DNA of 64,000 bases from Phoronis australis. Taxonomy: Eukaryota > Animalia > Phoronida. Below, piece by piece: positions 26,194-38,920 of the stretch; position 1 is the stretch's first letter, and each line of letters begins with the position of its first letter. The notes below the pieces were generated by a model, which worked only from the letters and a program-made list of their open reading frames with translations, had not been told where the DNA came from and did no database searches. The stretch spans positions 1 to 64,000 of the forward strand of contig NMRA01000382.1 of the NCBI GenBank assembly GCA_002633005.1. The letters are read 5' to 3'. The translations under genes were made by a program, and so were the position numbers.

Positions 26194-28247
26194 GTACGGT
26201 TCCACTAGAACGATTTCCGTACTTTGAGAACAGAAAATCAATAGTGTGCTGCCTAGGCACAAGTCTTTTCTTTGCCCACTGAGGGCCGTATTACTCACCC
26301 GACCATCATGAATTGAACAAATCACCTTGTGCTTTGTCAATGGCTCGATTTTTTATTTTGGATGAAATCCAAGGTAACGTGGCACAACGGGGGCCAAGAT
26401 TTTGGTTTGTAGCCGCCGCAGTTTTGATGTCTTTGAACGAATTTTCCTCAAACTTGACAAGTTACCATATCTTTGAAATACGTCATCCATTTTACGGCCC
26501 AAAATTCCCCATTTCCAATACCAGATTTTGAGGTATTCAAATATCGTGGCTAAAATGACGATATATACAGTTTTGTTTTTGTTCGAACGTCTCACGGTTT
26601 ATCATCAATCTCAATGTCAAACCTCACCATTGACACAATCGAAATTTATATTGTTCAGTGTTGCATCTGTTTATGATATATTACCGCCACCAAGGTTAAA
26701 AGTGGCGTTCCCTGCATCCCGTTATGTGACATCACTCGGTCTGCAGGTCTTGAAAGTGCTTTTTCTGCAGCCTATATAATTTGTGTGATGCTGTTGGCAG
26801 TGGCGTTGCCAGCTGTACAGAAACACGAGTGTTGACTTTGGTGTAGGTTTACGACCTCGGTGTTCATGTCTGACCTTGTGGTCTTTCTTGGTGTCGATCT
26901 CATTTCTTCGGATATTTCAATTCAGTTTTTCTCACCAGATTATGTATTGGATCATGAAATGAATTAGTACTAGGTATGTTATCTTAACTAGTCACACACT
27001 TTGTTACTGTACTTGACGAAATGAAACTCGCCATCTTTGTTTCTTTGTTTCGAAGTGAGTTTTCTTGTTTTTTAATTGTTCTGCACTGGCTCAATTAGTT
27101 AATGAGAGAATGTATCATTGTATCGTAGTGAAAATCTGAAATCACATTTGTTTTTGTGTGAGATATTACTAAGATTCAGAAAGACCCGTCGAAATGCTCC
27201 AGAACTAGTGTTCAGTGTTTTTTTCGTTCGAAATAAGGTCATTGCAAAGCCATTTTCGGTTTGATTAGACGAAGCACAACAGCTCTCAAAATAATCAGAT
27301 GTTGCCAATATGGAAAGCCGCTAATGATCCATCTAGTGAGGGACACCTCAAAATTAACTGGACAGACTCTACAAGATTCTCTCAAACAATGAACTAATGC
27401 CTTCAAGAAAATTGTGCAATTTATAGGAGCCCTTGTTATAATGTATGTAAAGTAAAGTTTTGTTGTAATACACTCAGTAGTCGCTAATCGGTTATTCGTG
27501 TATGGCTTTGCCAATCAACTTGTAAATTTCCTTGAAGTGCACGTTTCGTTTGTCAGCTTTAAGACGGATTGCATAGGTAAATAAATACACGGTACTGTAC
27601 ATGTTGCATTATCATTTAAAAACTTGTTAGATTTACGTTCTCTCCAATCTTATTCACAAAAATTGGCCATTTTTACAATATTTCACTTGTGTATAGCAAA
27701 ATACCATATTTTCATTCTCGGGGAAGTTCAAATACAAATATATATACCGCGTAGCGAGAAAAAAAAAGATTTAGCAGAACCACCTTGGAACCGCACAACC
27801 AGGTGGATATTTGTTTACTACTTATCCAAGGTCAAGGGTTAAAGGGCTTTCAATTAAATCGAATCTCCCGCCAGGTACAGACTACCTTACTATACTCTCA
27901 GTCCTTTCATTCACGAAGTCGCTATAGCATTGAGCAAACGGAGTGTACTTATTATAGAATGGTACCGGGGAAAACGAAGACAAAACGTAGTTTTGATCCT
28001 AAGGGAGTTGTGCATCTACATGCATACGACCGTAACGTTGAAAACGAATGCTAGGAGTCACCTCAGTCCTCTGTGGTCATGAACACACAAAGTTGTGACA
28101 AATCTTCACCCTAATTCCTTCATTCAATTGATAAGTTGACATTTCGATGTTTCGATCTCATGCTAAGACAAGCTACTTTCACGACCGATTCCCTTTCTTA
28201 CATGATTTCGCTTCCGTCTCCCACCACGTAACGTGCCCTTACAAATA

Positions 28248-28725
28248 TGAACTTAAGTTTTTCGCTGAAAACTTAAGTTTTTGGCGAAAAAAATTAAGTT
28301 TTTGGAAAATAGAGGAAAAACTTAAGTTCTTCCGAAAAACTTAAGTTTTTAACAGAAACTTAAGTTTTTAAAACTTAAGTTTTTCGCCAAAAACTTAAGT
28401 TTTTCAGCACAATGTTAAGTTCTTCAGAAAACTTAAGTTTTTCAGAAACCATAAGTTTTTTCAGGTGTAAAACTTAAATTTTCACAAATGAACTTAAGTT
28501 TCAAGTAATAATTTAAGTTTTCATGAAAACTTAAGTTTTTTGAACTAACAAAACTTAAGTTTTTCTGATAACTTAAGTTTATCACAAAACTTAAGTTTTT
28601 GTAATTTTAAAAAAAAGTTTTCCTGACTTCTTAAGTTTTTCATAAAACTGGATTTTTTCATGTGTGGAAAACTTGAATTTTCTAAAAACTCTAAGGTTTC
28701 TATGTGATGAAAACTTACGTTTTCA
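28248..28725. repeat. Array of ~20 palindromic AAAACTTAAGTTTT motifs at ~20 bp spacing
   Basis: Directly visible; the motif is also part of the TIR. Confidence 0.9.
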
Positions 28726-30639
28726 AGTTTTTAAATTTTGAATATAGTGAGATATTGTTAAATTTTTGGTTCGAAATTTTTCCCATTATTTTCCAACAAA
28801 AAATAATTATTTGCTCATGCAAAACCCATCATCTCATAAAAATGTTACCCGAATGTTTCCTTAACATTTATATAGATACAAACCATAAAAAAGGACCGTT
28901 TAACCAGTACTGATTTAGTGCAATTACGTAATCATTATCTCACGTCTTTGTTAATTTAAATGTAGACGAACATCCGGTGACCAACAGCAGTAAGAATGCA
29001 CCCAATGTTAATCCCCTGAGACACTAACCTGGTCAGTACAATGCAATCAATAGAACTCATGCAATTCTTAAAAAACGTAGTTATTGTGCAAGTTTCCTTT
29101 GTGTTGAGTTGTATTCGTAAGGTAGTTTCCACCGGAAGTCAACAGTTTGAATTTTATAACGACAGTCAACTTCGAAGAAAAAGTCGTGTGGTTGCTAGCC
29201 CGCGACAATGAAGTTTATGTTACTACGAGCAGAGCCAGCAAGAAGACATTTCAGAAGTTTTGGAAGTCAGGTTAGTGCCAGAGAGCGTTCTAAAATCGAT
29301 TGGCCACAATCGGTGGTGTGATTTCCAACGAACGTGTTAAGTTCAGTTGTTATTGTCAGCCACTAACGAGTCACGCTGTCACATGCCGACATGAACTCAT
29401 TCTGTGTGTGAATTATTTAAACTTCTAACGCGCAATATACTTCTGGAGGTCCATCAGAGGAAGCCATAACGTTCACATAAGGCTATACTCTATTATATTT
29501 CTGTCTTCTGAGGTTGTGTCAGTGTGATCAATGCAAGGGGGGGAACTACCAAGGCAAAGTGTAATCATTTCCCAAGTTGGGTATATTAGCATTGGTTGTG
29601 TGTGCTTATGTCTATGTTCGTATTAATTCTAGGAAGCTCCTGATTTTGAAATCTCATATCACTACAGGTCAATAATTTGCAAGGTTCACTTGCCTCATTC
29701 ACGCACCCATCCTAAAATATATGGGAGCTGCTCAAAATTTTGGGCATGTTGACCTTTTACTAAGAAAACGGGGTATGTTCAGAGCTGTGCACAATGCATT
29801 CCTGAATTAAAACTTTTTAGTGGACATGTGTCTCGTTTTCTCAATTTTTTTTGTTTCTATGAGGCTGGCCTTTTCATGCCTACTTCGGCAAGTGTGGGGG
29901 ATGCTCATTCGAGCCTACCCTGGGTGCGTGCATGTGCCTGCTTCTCAAAATTAAGAATCATTAATGTAACTATTGTATTGCCTGTTTTGACTGATTTGCT
30001 CAGGTTTGTCTTTAGGATCTAGGTTATTGAATGCGAACGGACATTCCGATCCCACTACTAGTACCCTATCTGGAATACCCCCCAGCGTAGGTCACAATGT
30101 ACCCAAGTGAACTCTCACCAGTCAACATGTTAACTATTGTTACGCGCAGTGAAACTTGCATAATTCCTATCTAGTTGCACCAAATAATTCAATGCAAATA
30201 AGGAAAATCTGTGTGATTTGACTTTGGGATTGAGTATGTGCTTTCGAATTTTTACTGGGTTATGGGATACTAGAATGTCGCACTTAAAATTTTCACACTC
30301 AATGCGAGTTTGACTGGTTTTATTGAAATCAAATATTTCACTGTCATGGTGAAAGTGATAGTTAATCTGGGTACAACTTTACCTAGGAGTTGAGTTGAGT
30401 TGAATATGGAGTGACTGGAATGATCTCCCTATGTCTGTAGGGGCATAGTCTTTTCCCTCTAGAAATTTGCTGGGAACCTCAATTTAATATCTTTGCAAAT
30501 GTCAGCCAGTAAAGTGATTGGTAGGAGGACAGGATATAGTATTATTATGTTTACTGTAGTGCATGAGATAATGAATTCATTTTTACTGTAAACAATTATG
30601 GTTACGTAAGACTTCGCGTGAAGACCATGCCAGTATCTT

Positions 30640-30803
30640 CAGTGGTGGATTCAGAGGACAGCTATGGGGCCATGGCCCCGGCCCCCTAAAATGCTACAAG
30701 ATCAATTGGCAGTTGGGGGGCAGGGGGTGAATGTCTGATGGGCAAAACCCTACTCTGCCCTAACCCCCTAACTCAAAATCCTGGATCCGCCCGACCGCCC
30801 CTG
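30640..30803. mobile_element. CAGTGGCGGATC-type short MITE
   Basis: CAGTGGTGGATTCAG...CTGGATCCGCC..CCCCTG, with ATCTT on both flanks. Relatives lie at ~17182, 51557-51707, 61171-61396 and 63025-63279. Confidence 0.6.
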
Positions 30804-32121
30804 ATCTTTACATGGATAGCATTCCGGGTAAATGGGCTATGTCTGGATTCTTACGAAGCTATCACATACTGTCATGTTTGCTAATATCTCATTGTTTTCA
30901 GGTCTCTATTAACTTGGCGGAGCACTTGGAAGAACTAGGCATCCAACCATTTGCATCAAAACAATCACCCAGGGGTGGTATTGGGCTGTTTACATCCACA
31001 TGGCAGGTAGAGCTTCATATGTTTCATTGTTGAGTTAAACGTAGTGCTGCTATCAGGGTTTGAATTTGAAACAATATGAAATATGTCCTTGGTTTAGCCA
31101 ACGGGCTTATAATCTTTAACAAGCTCATTGATTCTTGTAGCCATTTGGTCAAGTCCATGTAAAGCTTTTTGGATTTGCTATAAGTTTCAAAAAGTACACG
31201 AGGAAGTATACATGTGAGATTAAACTTTCAGTTCTAACCCTGGTTGTGCCGGCTAAATGTCCATGAAACATTAGCACGAAGTTATATGCTGGCTGGAGAC
31301 AGCTTGTTGGAATACAACTAGCTCTGCTCATTATGTAGAGTTGTGCATTTTTTTATCAGATTAACGAATTAAACAATGAAAAGTTCATAAAAATAATGGG
31401 AATTTTAGTTTATTGCAGTTGCCAACAGTTTCAGCATTTGATAAAAATATTATTTTTTGTCATAGAACTTGAACTAAAAAGTTACAGAACACGATACCTG
31501 GTTAGCCCGAAGTCCATCTTTTATTAACACATTAAGTTTTGTCATATGCACGGTTTGTTCTACATTGTGATAGCATGATAGGTGACAAAGTGCATGTTTT
31601 GTATTCAAGTTGTATAGAATAAAATTGTTTTGAATGTCGCGAATCCAGGATAAAAACTTCATTCAAAACAGTGTTGAAAACTGACCCACTGCAGTGCATG
31701 CTTGAAGTAAACTTGCAGACTAGTCTTGCACTTGAATCCTGGAGAGTGACTGGTTAAATTTTAAGATTGAAGACTATATTCTAGGCTCTGTATATAAGTC
31801 AGGAAGTTTTACAAATCAGGGTTGTATAAACAGCACGATAAATATCCAGCAAGTTTAATTGTCTCTTACGGATAGCTTTTACCCGTCTGTTATTAAAATT
31901 TGTTGGCTTTATTGCAGAGTATGCCTTCAACAATCATTGGATAAGGAAGGCTACCCAGACAGCACAACGTACAAACTTACGAACTGCAGCTCATGAACCT
32001 ATGAATTCAGTTATCTGAGCTCAGAAACGCGCGTTTATAGTCACAAAACATGGATTATTTGCCTGTGAAGCTAAGCGAGCAGATCCAGCTAAAGACGATT
32101 AAGTGACTTGTGTTCTAGCAT

Positions 32122-32624
32122 AGGTCCCTTTCATATTGACTAAACTTTTGTCTGAGCGGAGCATCGGCGTATACTGCGAAGTTAACTGGACCGTTCATTC
32201 TGACTTTGGTAGTTAATGAACTTTGAAGTAAACAGTTGGTGACGCTGTCGTGATCGAAGGTATCGCAAGGCAGCACTGCACGCTAAGATGTGACAACTTG
32301 GGAACATTTACATGTGTGTGTTAATTGACATAAAACTTATTTTTAAATTGATTCGTGATTATTAGAGCAAGGAATAAGCAACTATTAGCCATCACACTAC
32401 TATGCAATTGTTAATGATAACAGTGGCCCCTGGTAATAACTTCGATAGGACCGAAGTTGATCGGTTATACTGCGCGGCAGCGTTGACGCTAAGCAATTAA
32501 ATCCACCTGTTTAGTGCAAAGTTAACTGACGCTGTTAACTTCCTTCCAGGACCAAAGTTTAAGCGTTCATAATGACATTAACTCCCAAAAACTTCGACGC
32601 GTCGATGTTAGTATGAAAGGCCCT
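32122..32624. mobile_element. ~500 bp PIF/Harbinger-like MITE
   Basis: AGGTCCCTTTCATATTGAC versus the right-end reverse complement AGGGCCTTTCATACTAAC. Confidence 0.45.
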
Positions 32625-34047
32625 ATAGATATGTGTATGTAGTTCAGTAGCTTTAAATTAAAGGAAAAAGAATATTTTTGTTGTCAAAGGTCTAAGTTTC
32701 TAATTTCCATCTCGTATAACCAGGTTGTACTTAGGGTTACTTTTAGTGAAAGTTGTTCGCACCATGGAGTGTATTGAATTTACTGTTATTATGATTGTCA
32801 ACAAAACGAAACTTTGATTTGAAATTGATATTTTTAAGGCTGAAAAACAATTATAGGTGATTCTAGGTACTATTTCTAGCATAAGGATTGTACTTCCCAA
32901 AATCAGATCTGTGGCCATTGTCGATAAACGTTTAGTTACCTGTTACGTTTTATGTTATGCTTTTGTTTCTGCGGATATTCTTGGATTTTACATATTAAGT
33001 GATTTGTTATTCTTGGTGCCATTGCTGTAATTTTAGTTGAAAAAGTCTGCTGTTGAAATGTAGACTTTTGTTGTAGTCCTTCCTGGCTTTGTAATCACAT
33101 TTTCTTTGGTTGTGTTTCATGATTTGGTTGTGATTGCTCTGTTTGTACATCCCATTTTGCCTCCTCAGTTATCGCATAATTGACAGAGACTGAGAACGAT
33201 GCAAATATGAATATGTTTTCAGCAGCATTTAGTTTTCACTGCATTGTATTTGTGACACTTGATGAACTGATCTTGAAATGTTTCTGGTTTTTAAGATTTT
33301 GATATTTCACTAATGTTTTTCGATGAAAACGTAAGTTCATTTTTGTAAGGGTTATGTATATCAAAAACAAGTTTTCACCGAATAATTAACCGGAGACGTC
33401 GAGATTTTCACTAGTCCCAGTTTAATAGGCTTTTTCTCGGCTTCGGCAAATCGACTTTATTTTGGAATTAGGAACACTAGCTTTCAAAAACGGCTGGATG
33501 GATTTTGCTGAAACTTTCCAAACTTAATATTTAGTCATTTATCTCAAAGTCTCTGTTAGGGTTTTTGTTATAAACGCCTAGCTTTTGTGTAATTTGACAA
33601 AGACCAGTACGACTTCAATTAATTTGAAAATACCTTACTTTTTGCTAGTTGATTTGTTATAGAAACCAAACGAACGGACTACTCGAAAATTCCTAACTGC
33701 GTTTTTCAGGTAACCGACGAATATTTCATTTAAAACAGGTTTCATTAAAATCGACCGAGGGGCTATTTTACTATGAATGTACCTCACTTAAGATCGAAAG
33801 TTTGATTTGAAAAGATTTTTACGTAAAAATAATAATGGCACATCAATACAAAAAGTACATGCATATTTCCTGGTCTTTGTTCTTTCAGAAAATGTATACT
33901 TGTACTAGTTGACAAAGCTTAGTTTTTTCAGATACGAGTTAGAATGGAGGCCACTAAATAAGTTTGGAGATAAACTTAAGACGTTGAATGTATGCGAAAT
34001 ATACTATAATAGAATGGCCCTTTGTCAGCAACACTATCTCGCTTCAG

Positions 34048-34332
34048 AACTACCTAACTGCTTCGACGGAATACTTGATCGTGTGAACATTCCAACCTTC
34101 GGACACATTGGCTATAAGAGGCACGGAAGACAAAGGCTTTGGAGTTGTCAGACTTATTGTAGCGCAAAGGAGTACCCGTTTGCTGAAGTATGGGGCAAAT
34201 TCAATTGTCTTTGCTCAGCAACTTTCTTTGCACTACAGTTAAGGCATGGGGGTTGTACTTTACCATGCCCCGGGGACCGTTACGAGACATGTGGTGGTAC
34301 TTCGTTCTCGTGGGTTATGAAGTCTTTTCCAG
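34048..34332 (+). CDS. Complete WSC-domain exon (phase 1-1, 285 bp) of the host gene
   Basis: TTCAG acceptor and CAG|GTTGGT donor. Open frame NCFDGILDR...WSCQTYC...YPFAEVWGKFNCLC...GCTLPCPGDRYETCGG has all eight WSC cysteines. Confidence 0.8.
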
Positions 34333-34909
34333 GTTGGTTTCTTTTTAATGGACTTGCATGACACCCGAGCAGCATGGATTTTGTAAACGCAATGTACGTC
34401 AGCCGCTTAAATTCGTCCACTGTGGGATGAAATTACCAGACGTGCGTTGGTTTACAGCCAGCTTCTCCAAATACAAAAATGTTTACGGGACCAGTTTTCA
34501 AGATATATAAATATTTCTTTCCCAATACATAACTTCAAGAATATCTGTTGCTCTTCTATTTTCTAAGTGAGAATTTATGCACGACGGTGGGTAGTTATAA
34601 CGACAAGGTTGTAACTAAAAAGATTATTGTCACGGCGTGACAATAACGGACTCTGCGCGTGCGCATTACTGGAATAATTATGGGAAGTTACTGACAGCAA
34701 CCCGTTTACAAATATGAAAAGGAATTCTTTAAAATTGCTGGAGACTTTACATTTTAATTTTTTGATGACCTTTCCATCAATTGACCTCTTCCGGTGCATT
34801 ATGAGCCCGGATGAGGGAGTACTTGTTAACTCGATTAAAAGTGTGGTCAATGCTAATAATCACAGACGTTTTACTTTAAGCACTTCAGAATACAAGATGA
34901 ATGAAGTGG

Positions 34910-35510
34910 TCAAACTTTCAGAAGAAAAATGCACCTACGGACCCCATGGGTGCACCAAATGACCTGAAAATTTAGAATTCAAACTCAATCGCACTTAGTA
35001 AACAGATACGTAATTCTGTTGTCTCTAGCTCAAAATTTTAGTTTGCACTCAATGACCTTTGACCTATTTTTTCTAATTGGTTATGCCTATTGGAAAGTAA
35101 AGTAGGGTATTCAATTGGCATGTTGACTTACACTAGTGTGTTGAAACTGAAAATAATTCCATGAAAAACGCAAGACATATAACATTTTGAACGTTACATG
35201 ACCTTTGCACTAATTTACCTGATCCGGTGCATTTTAAGCATCTTTAGGAGAATTATTGCAAAGCCCATGGAAAATGTGTTTAACGCTGAGAATCAGAATT
35301 TTCTAAGGGTTGACACATCAGAATACTTGCTGATTGAAAAGGTGAAATTTTCAGAAGAAAAATGCACCTAATGACCCCATGTTTGAAATAAATGACCTGA
35401 CACTTTGGATTCCGATTTGATTCACCTGTGGCTATCAGACCTGTCAATTTGAAATGTCTAGCTCAAAATTTTAGTTTGCACCTAATGACCTTTCACCTAT
35501 TTCACCTGAT
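34910..35510 (+). repeat. Diverged direct repeat, ~430 bp period
   Basis: TTTCAGAAGAAAAATGCACCTA...CTAGCTCAAAATTTTAGTTTGCAC...TGACCTTT at ~34917-35070 and ~35349-35500. Confidence 0.7.
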
Positions 35511-36874
35511 TGGATGACCTGATTACTTAGAAAAGTAACTTTAGACTTGGTAAGACCCAGGTTTAACTGTTTTACAATCATTTGACTAAATCTCATTATC
35601 CATTGGGGGAAATTTCCTTGAACGATTTAACTGGAAAGTTATTATTAAAAACTTACCAGCGCCCGTTGACTAAAGTCAGACTCGAACTCGAACTAGGATT
35701 TGAAATCTCATTTTCCTCTCGACTCAGATTCCAAACTCGAAATAGACGTGCCTATGCCAAACTCGAAGTTTTTTTGAATTTTCTAAGCTAGCCTACTTGA
35801 TATAGCACTCGAAAATAAAAATGGCAGACATTAGACATTATTTAAGAAACATAGGCAGAGAAAGAGCAGCTGCGAATCTAGGGCGAAGACCACTTCCAGG
35901 CAGACAAAACCCGTTGGAGAGCCTCAGTAGCGAGGAAGTATTTCGAAGATAACGCTTACTCCCCATCACCATATTTTTATTTTAAATCTTATCAATCTGA
36001 ACCAATTTCACAGCAACACCTCGTTACCACCTCCTTACAAACTCCCCCAGACCCTCCGCTTCCTCGCCTCAGGCTCTCATTACTCCCTTGTCGGGGAATC
36101 TCTGATGTTTGTCAATCCGTCAAGTTTGCTGTGCCCTGATAAAGACCGCCGGCCACTTTGTTGCATTTCCAACGGGATATACGCAAGGCTAACCAAGTGC
36201 CGCTTTTCTGAGTTATCAGGTAAATATAGACCATTTCTTGTTACTCACTGGGAGTGTATTTTCGGCCCGACACGTTAAACCCGAACGCTAACGCTTGAGG
36301 GCGTCGTTGTTTGTTTATAAGTTGACCTAAACGTTAACATTTCCGCGCTCAGCCTTCAGACAACGTGGCCAGAGATGGCTTCGTCATTGTGAGTTTTGTG
36401 GTCAATTTATCATGAAAGTTAAATGTTCTCCTTTTAACCGATTTACAAAGTTAAGTCAACCATGAAAGTATGCCACTTAGTGCATTTGCGTTATTCGGTT
36501 CATTGTCTGAAACATGACCCCTGTTCTGATCCACAATAAGGCACTATCGTGTGTCTCTCGTCAAGTTGTAATGTGCTTGATAGCCTTGGTACTATGCTGT
36601 GTAAATTGACGACAGTCTTCCTTTATACTTCTAGCTGGCTGGCTATGTTGTTGATAGATTATTTTTTCCAACCACAACAGCCGGTAATAACCATGGGTGG
36701 CACAGAAAAAGGCAAGTTTAATGAAAAGAACCTGCTTTGATAAGAAATACCCACAAGAAACTGGAGTCACAGTTTGTTTTTGAATTCTCGTCAAAGTCAC
36801 TTTTGGTATCAGAAAAGACGGCAAGTTAGGATTTTAATTTTAGACCTGCTCTGTTTCCTGCAACTCTCTCAGAA

Positions 36875-37025
36875 GTGCCATAGGGGTTACAATTAGAGGT
36901 AAGTAAGCGACGAAAGCCCACCGTATCACCTCGAGCAGTGAACGTAACTTACGGTGCGTAGGCGCTACGTTCAAATGCCAAAAGGTGGTTGACTGCGCCT
37001 ACGTGCTCCTAGGCCCCACTAGTGC
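36875..37025. mobile_element. Decayed copy of the 45167-45309 MITE
   Basis: Shares AAAGCCCACCGTATCA...CTACGTTCAAA.GCCAAAAGGTGGTTG..TGCGCCTAC. Confidence 0.7.
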
Positions 37026-37779
37026 ACATGTACTGTCTCTCGGTCTTCTAACTGGCACCCTGTAGCTGGTGGTAACAGCTGAGAAACTCCACCACCCAGT
37101 ATAACTGCTACTTCGCTGAGGCACTTGTAACATATCGGAGACGAGGAGTACAATAAGTGACACAATGTTCTTTTTAAAACAATCAGTCATTTTCGCATTG
37201 TTTCATTGAATTGTTCAAGGTTGATCCTATCACTTGTGTTGTAACTGTAGCAGAAGCTCTTTGTAATAGTTATGATGTAGGATTTTTAACCATAACATGC
37301 GGTTAATTTAAAAAAAAATGTGTGCTTGGTTTGTGTGCTATACAGTCCTATTAACTCATGATCATTTCACCTTTACTGATTTTGATGTAACACTCACGAT
37401 ATGTACATTCATCGTTGAGGACATTTTTTATCTCGATTTCATCGCAGTATTCCCGAACGTGTTAGGTTCAATAGACTGTACCCACATCAAAATTCATAAA
37501 CAGACAGAGGCAAATTCTTATGTCTTTGTGAACCGAAAGATGTCCCATAGTGTTAATGTCCAGGTAAATCCAATGTGCTTCTGTAGAACCACTTATCCGC
37601 TCACCTTTGGTGCACTCTCTCTTTTCCTTTTCTACATGTATATCTACTTGTTTAAAGTTCATAAGGTTAGCACAAGTTTTTGTTTGAATACTATTATATA
37701 CAATTAAAAGAACCAAAAGAATCATCTACATCTATGGGAGTTACATTTAGTTTAGATCACTCTCAGATCCTAGCATTCA

Positions 37780-38920
37780 TTTTTATGCGCCCACATATTT
37801 ATATTTGGTCGCATATTGCCGTCATCTCTGTCTGGGCGTCCGGCGTCCGGTCGTCCGGCGTCCGCAGCTGTATCAACTAAACCTTACACAGGTTCTTGAT
37901 GAGATTTTGCAGATGTGTTTCTATGAAGCTGACGACTCACTACGACGAATTTCGGACCTCTCCAACTGCCGGTGTGCACCCGAGTGGCAAGTTTAGTTTT
38001 TACGCTTACCTCTGTATCTTCCGATGTCCTCAACGGAATTTCATAACATTTAGGAGTAGGCATCTACTAGTGAGATGATGCAATCCTCCCGTATTCGGAC
38101 GGATTCGGTGGTATTTTGCGCCATCTAATGGCCATGTTTACTGTTTTCGAGCCTGTGTTTTGGCATCTGCCGTTCTATCAACCAAAGCGCTATAGAGATG
38201 ATTTTGAAAATTGGTATGTATGTTGTTACTGCGAAGGGCGCGGCTGACGATGATTTTCCGATGTCTTGGAACACTATGGCGCCTCTAAGTGGCAGTTTTG
38301 TTCGTTTTTTCGCCTATGGCTGTATCTCTTTAATGCTCTACAGGATGTTCATTGAATTTTGCTGGTGTATTTACATGAAGCTGACAACAGAGGATGACGA
38401 CTTTTGGGGATATCGGGGTACTGGTGTGCCCCCTAGTTGTAATTTTAGTTTTTTACGTTTAAAACTGAATCTTAAGGGTCGCCAGTGGATTTTCATAAAA
38501 TTTTGCAGTTAGGCATCTGTTAGTGAGATGACACTATCGTCTGGTTTTCGGTTAAATTCGAGGCATTTTGCACCACCTTGTGGCCATTTTTGCTGTTTTC
38601 GAGTCTTGTTATTGGGCGTCGGTCCCTCCCGGTCTGTCAACCAAACCACTCTGAGGATGGTTTTGGAAAATGGCATTTATGTTCGTAGTGGGAAGAGGAA
38701 GTCTGACAATGATTTTACAACGACCTCATCTACTTTGGCGCCTCTTAATGACAGTTAATGTTTTCTTGCGCTTATATCCTCTTAGTGGCAATTTCATTTT
38801 TTTTCATTTTCGTCTGTTTTCACAGAAGTTCCTTGATGGATTTTTATGAAATTTGGTAAATAGCTTTGATGACACATACAACTTCTCAGATGGATTCGAC
38901 ATTATTTGCGCCATCTATTT
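37780..38920 (+). mobile_element. Helentron-associated (HINE/DINE-like) element with internal ~150 bp tandem repeats
   Basis: T-run start, ATGCG.CCA...TGG.CGCAT stem, (GCGTCCG)n microsatellite at ~37835-37865, then diverged monomers at 144-170 bp spacing with a ~452 bp trimer. Confidence 0.6.

Larger units (their letters stand above)
28236..33351. mobile_element. 5.1 kb non-autonomous TIR element with CCC termini (EnSpm/CACTA-like architecture)
   Basis: CCCTTACAAATATGAACTTAAGTTTT versus the right-end reverse complement CCCTTACAAAAATGAACTTACGTTTT. Subterminal palindrome array at the left end. No transposase recognised. Confidence 0.75.
27630..33975. mobile_element. Second copy of the 12748-13636 MITE family, split by a 5.1 kb insertion
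   Basis: 27645-28235 aligns with 12760-13365, and 33835-33979 aligns with 13495-13640 including the terminal TTAA. Confidence 0.75.

Noticed and set aside
28248-28725. CRISPR-like repeat array
   Set aside because: Repeats are 14-bp palindromes with 3-8 bp gaps and no unique 25-45 bp spacers. No cas genes are present and the context is eukaryotic. Explained as transposon subterminal repeats.
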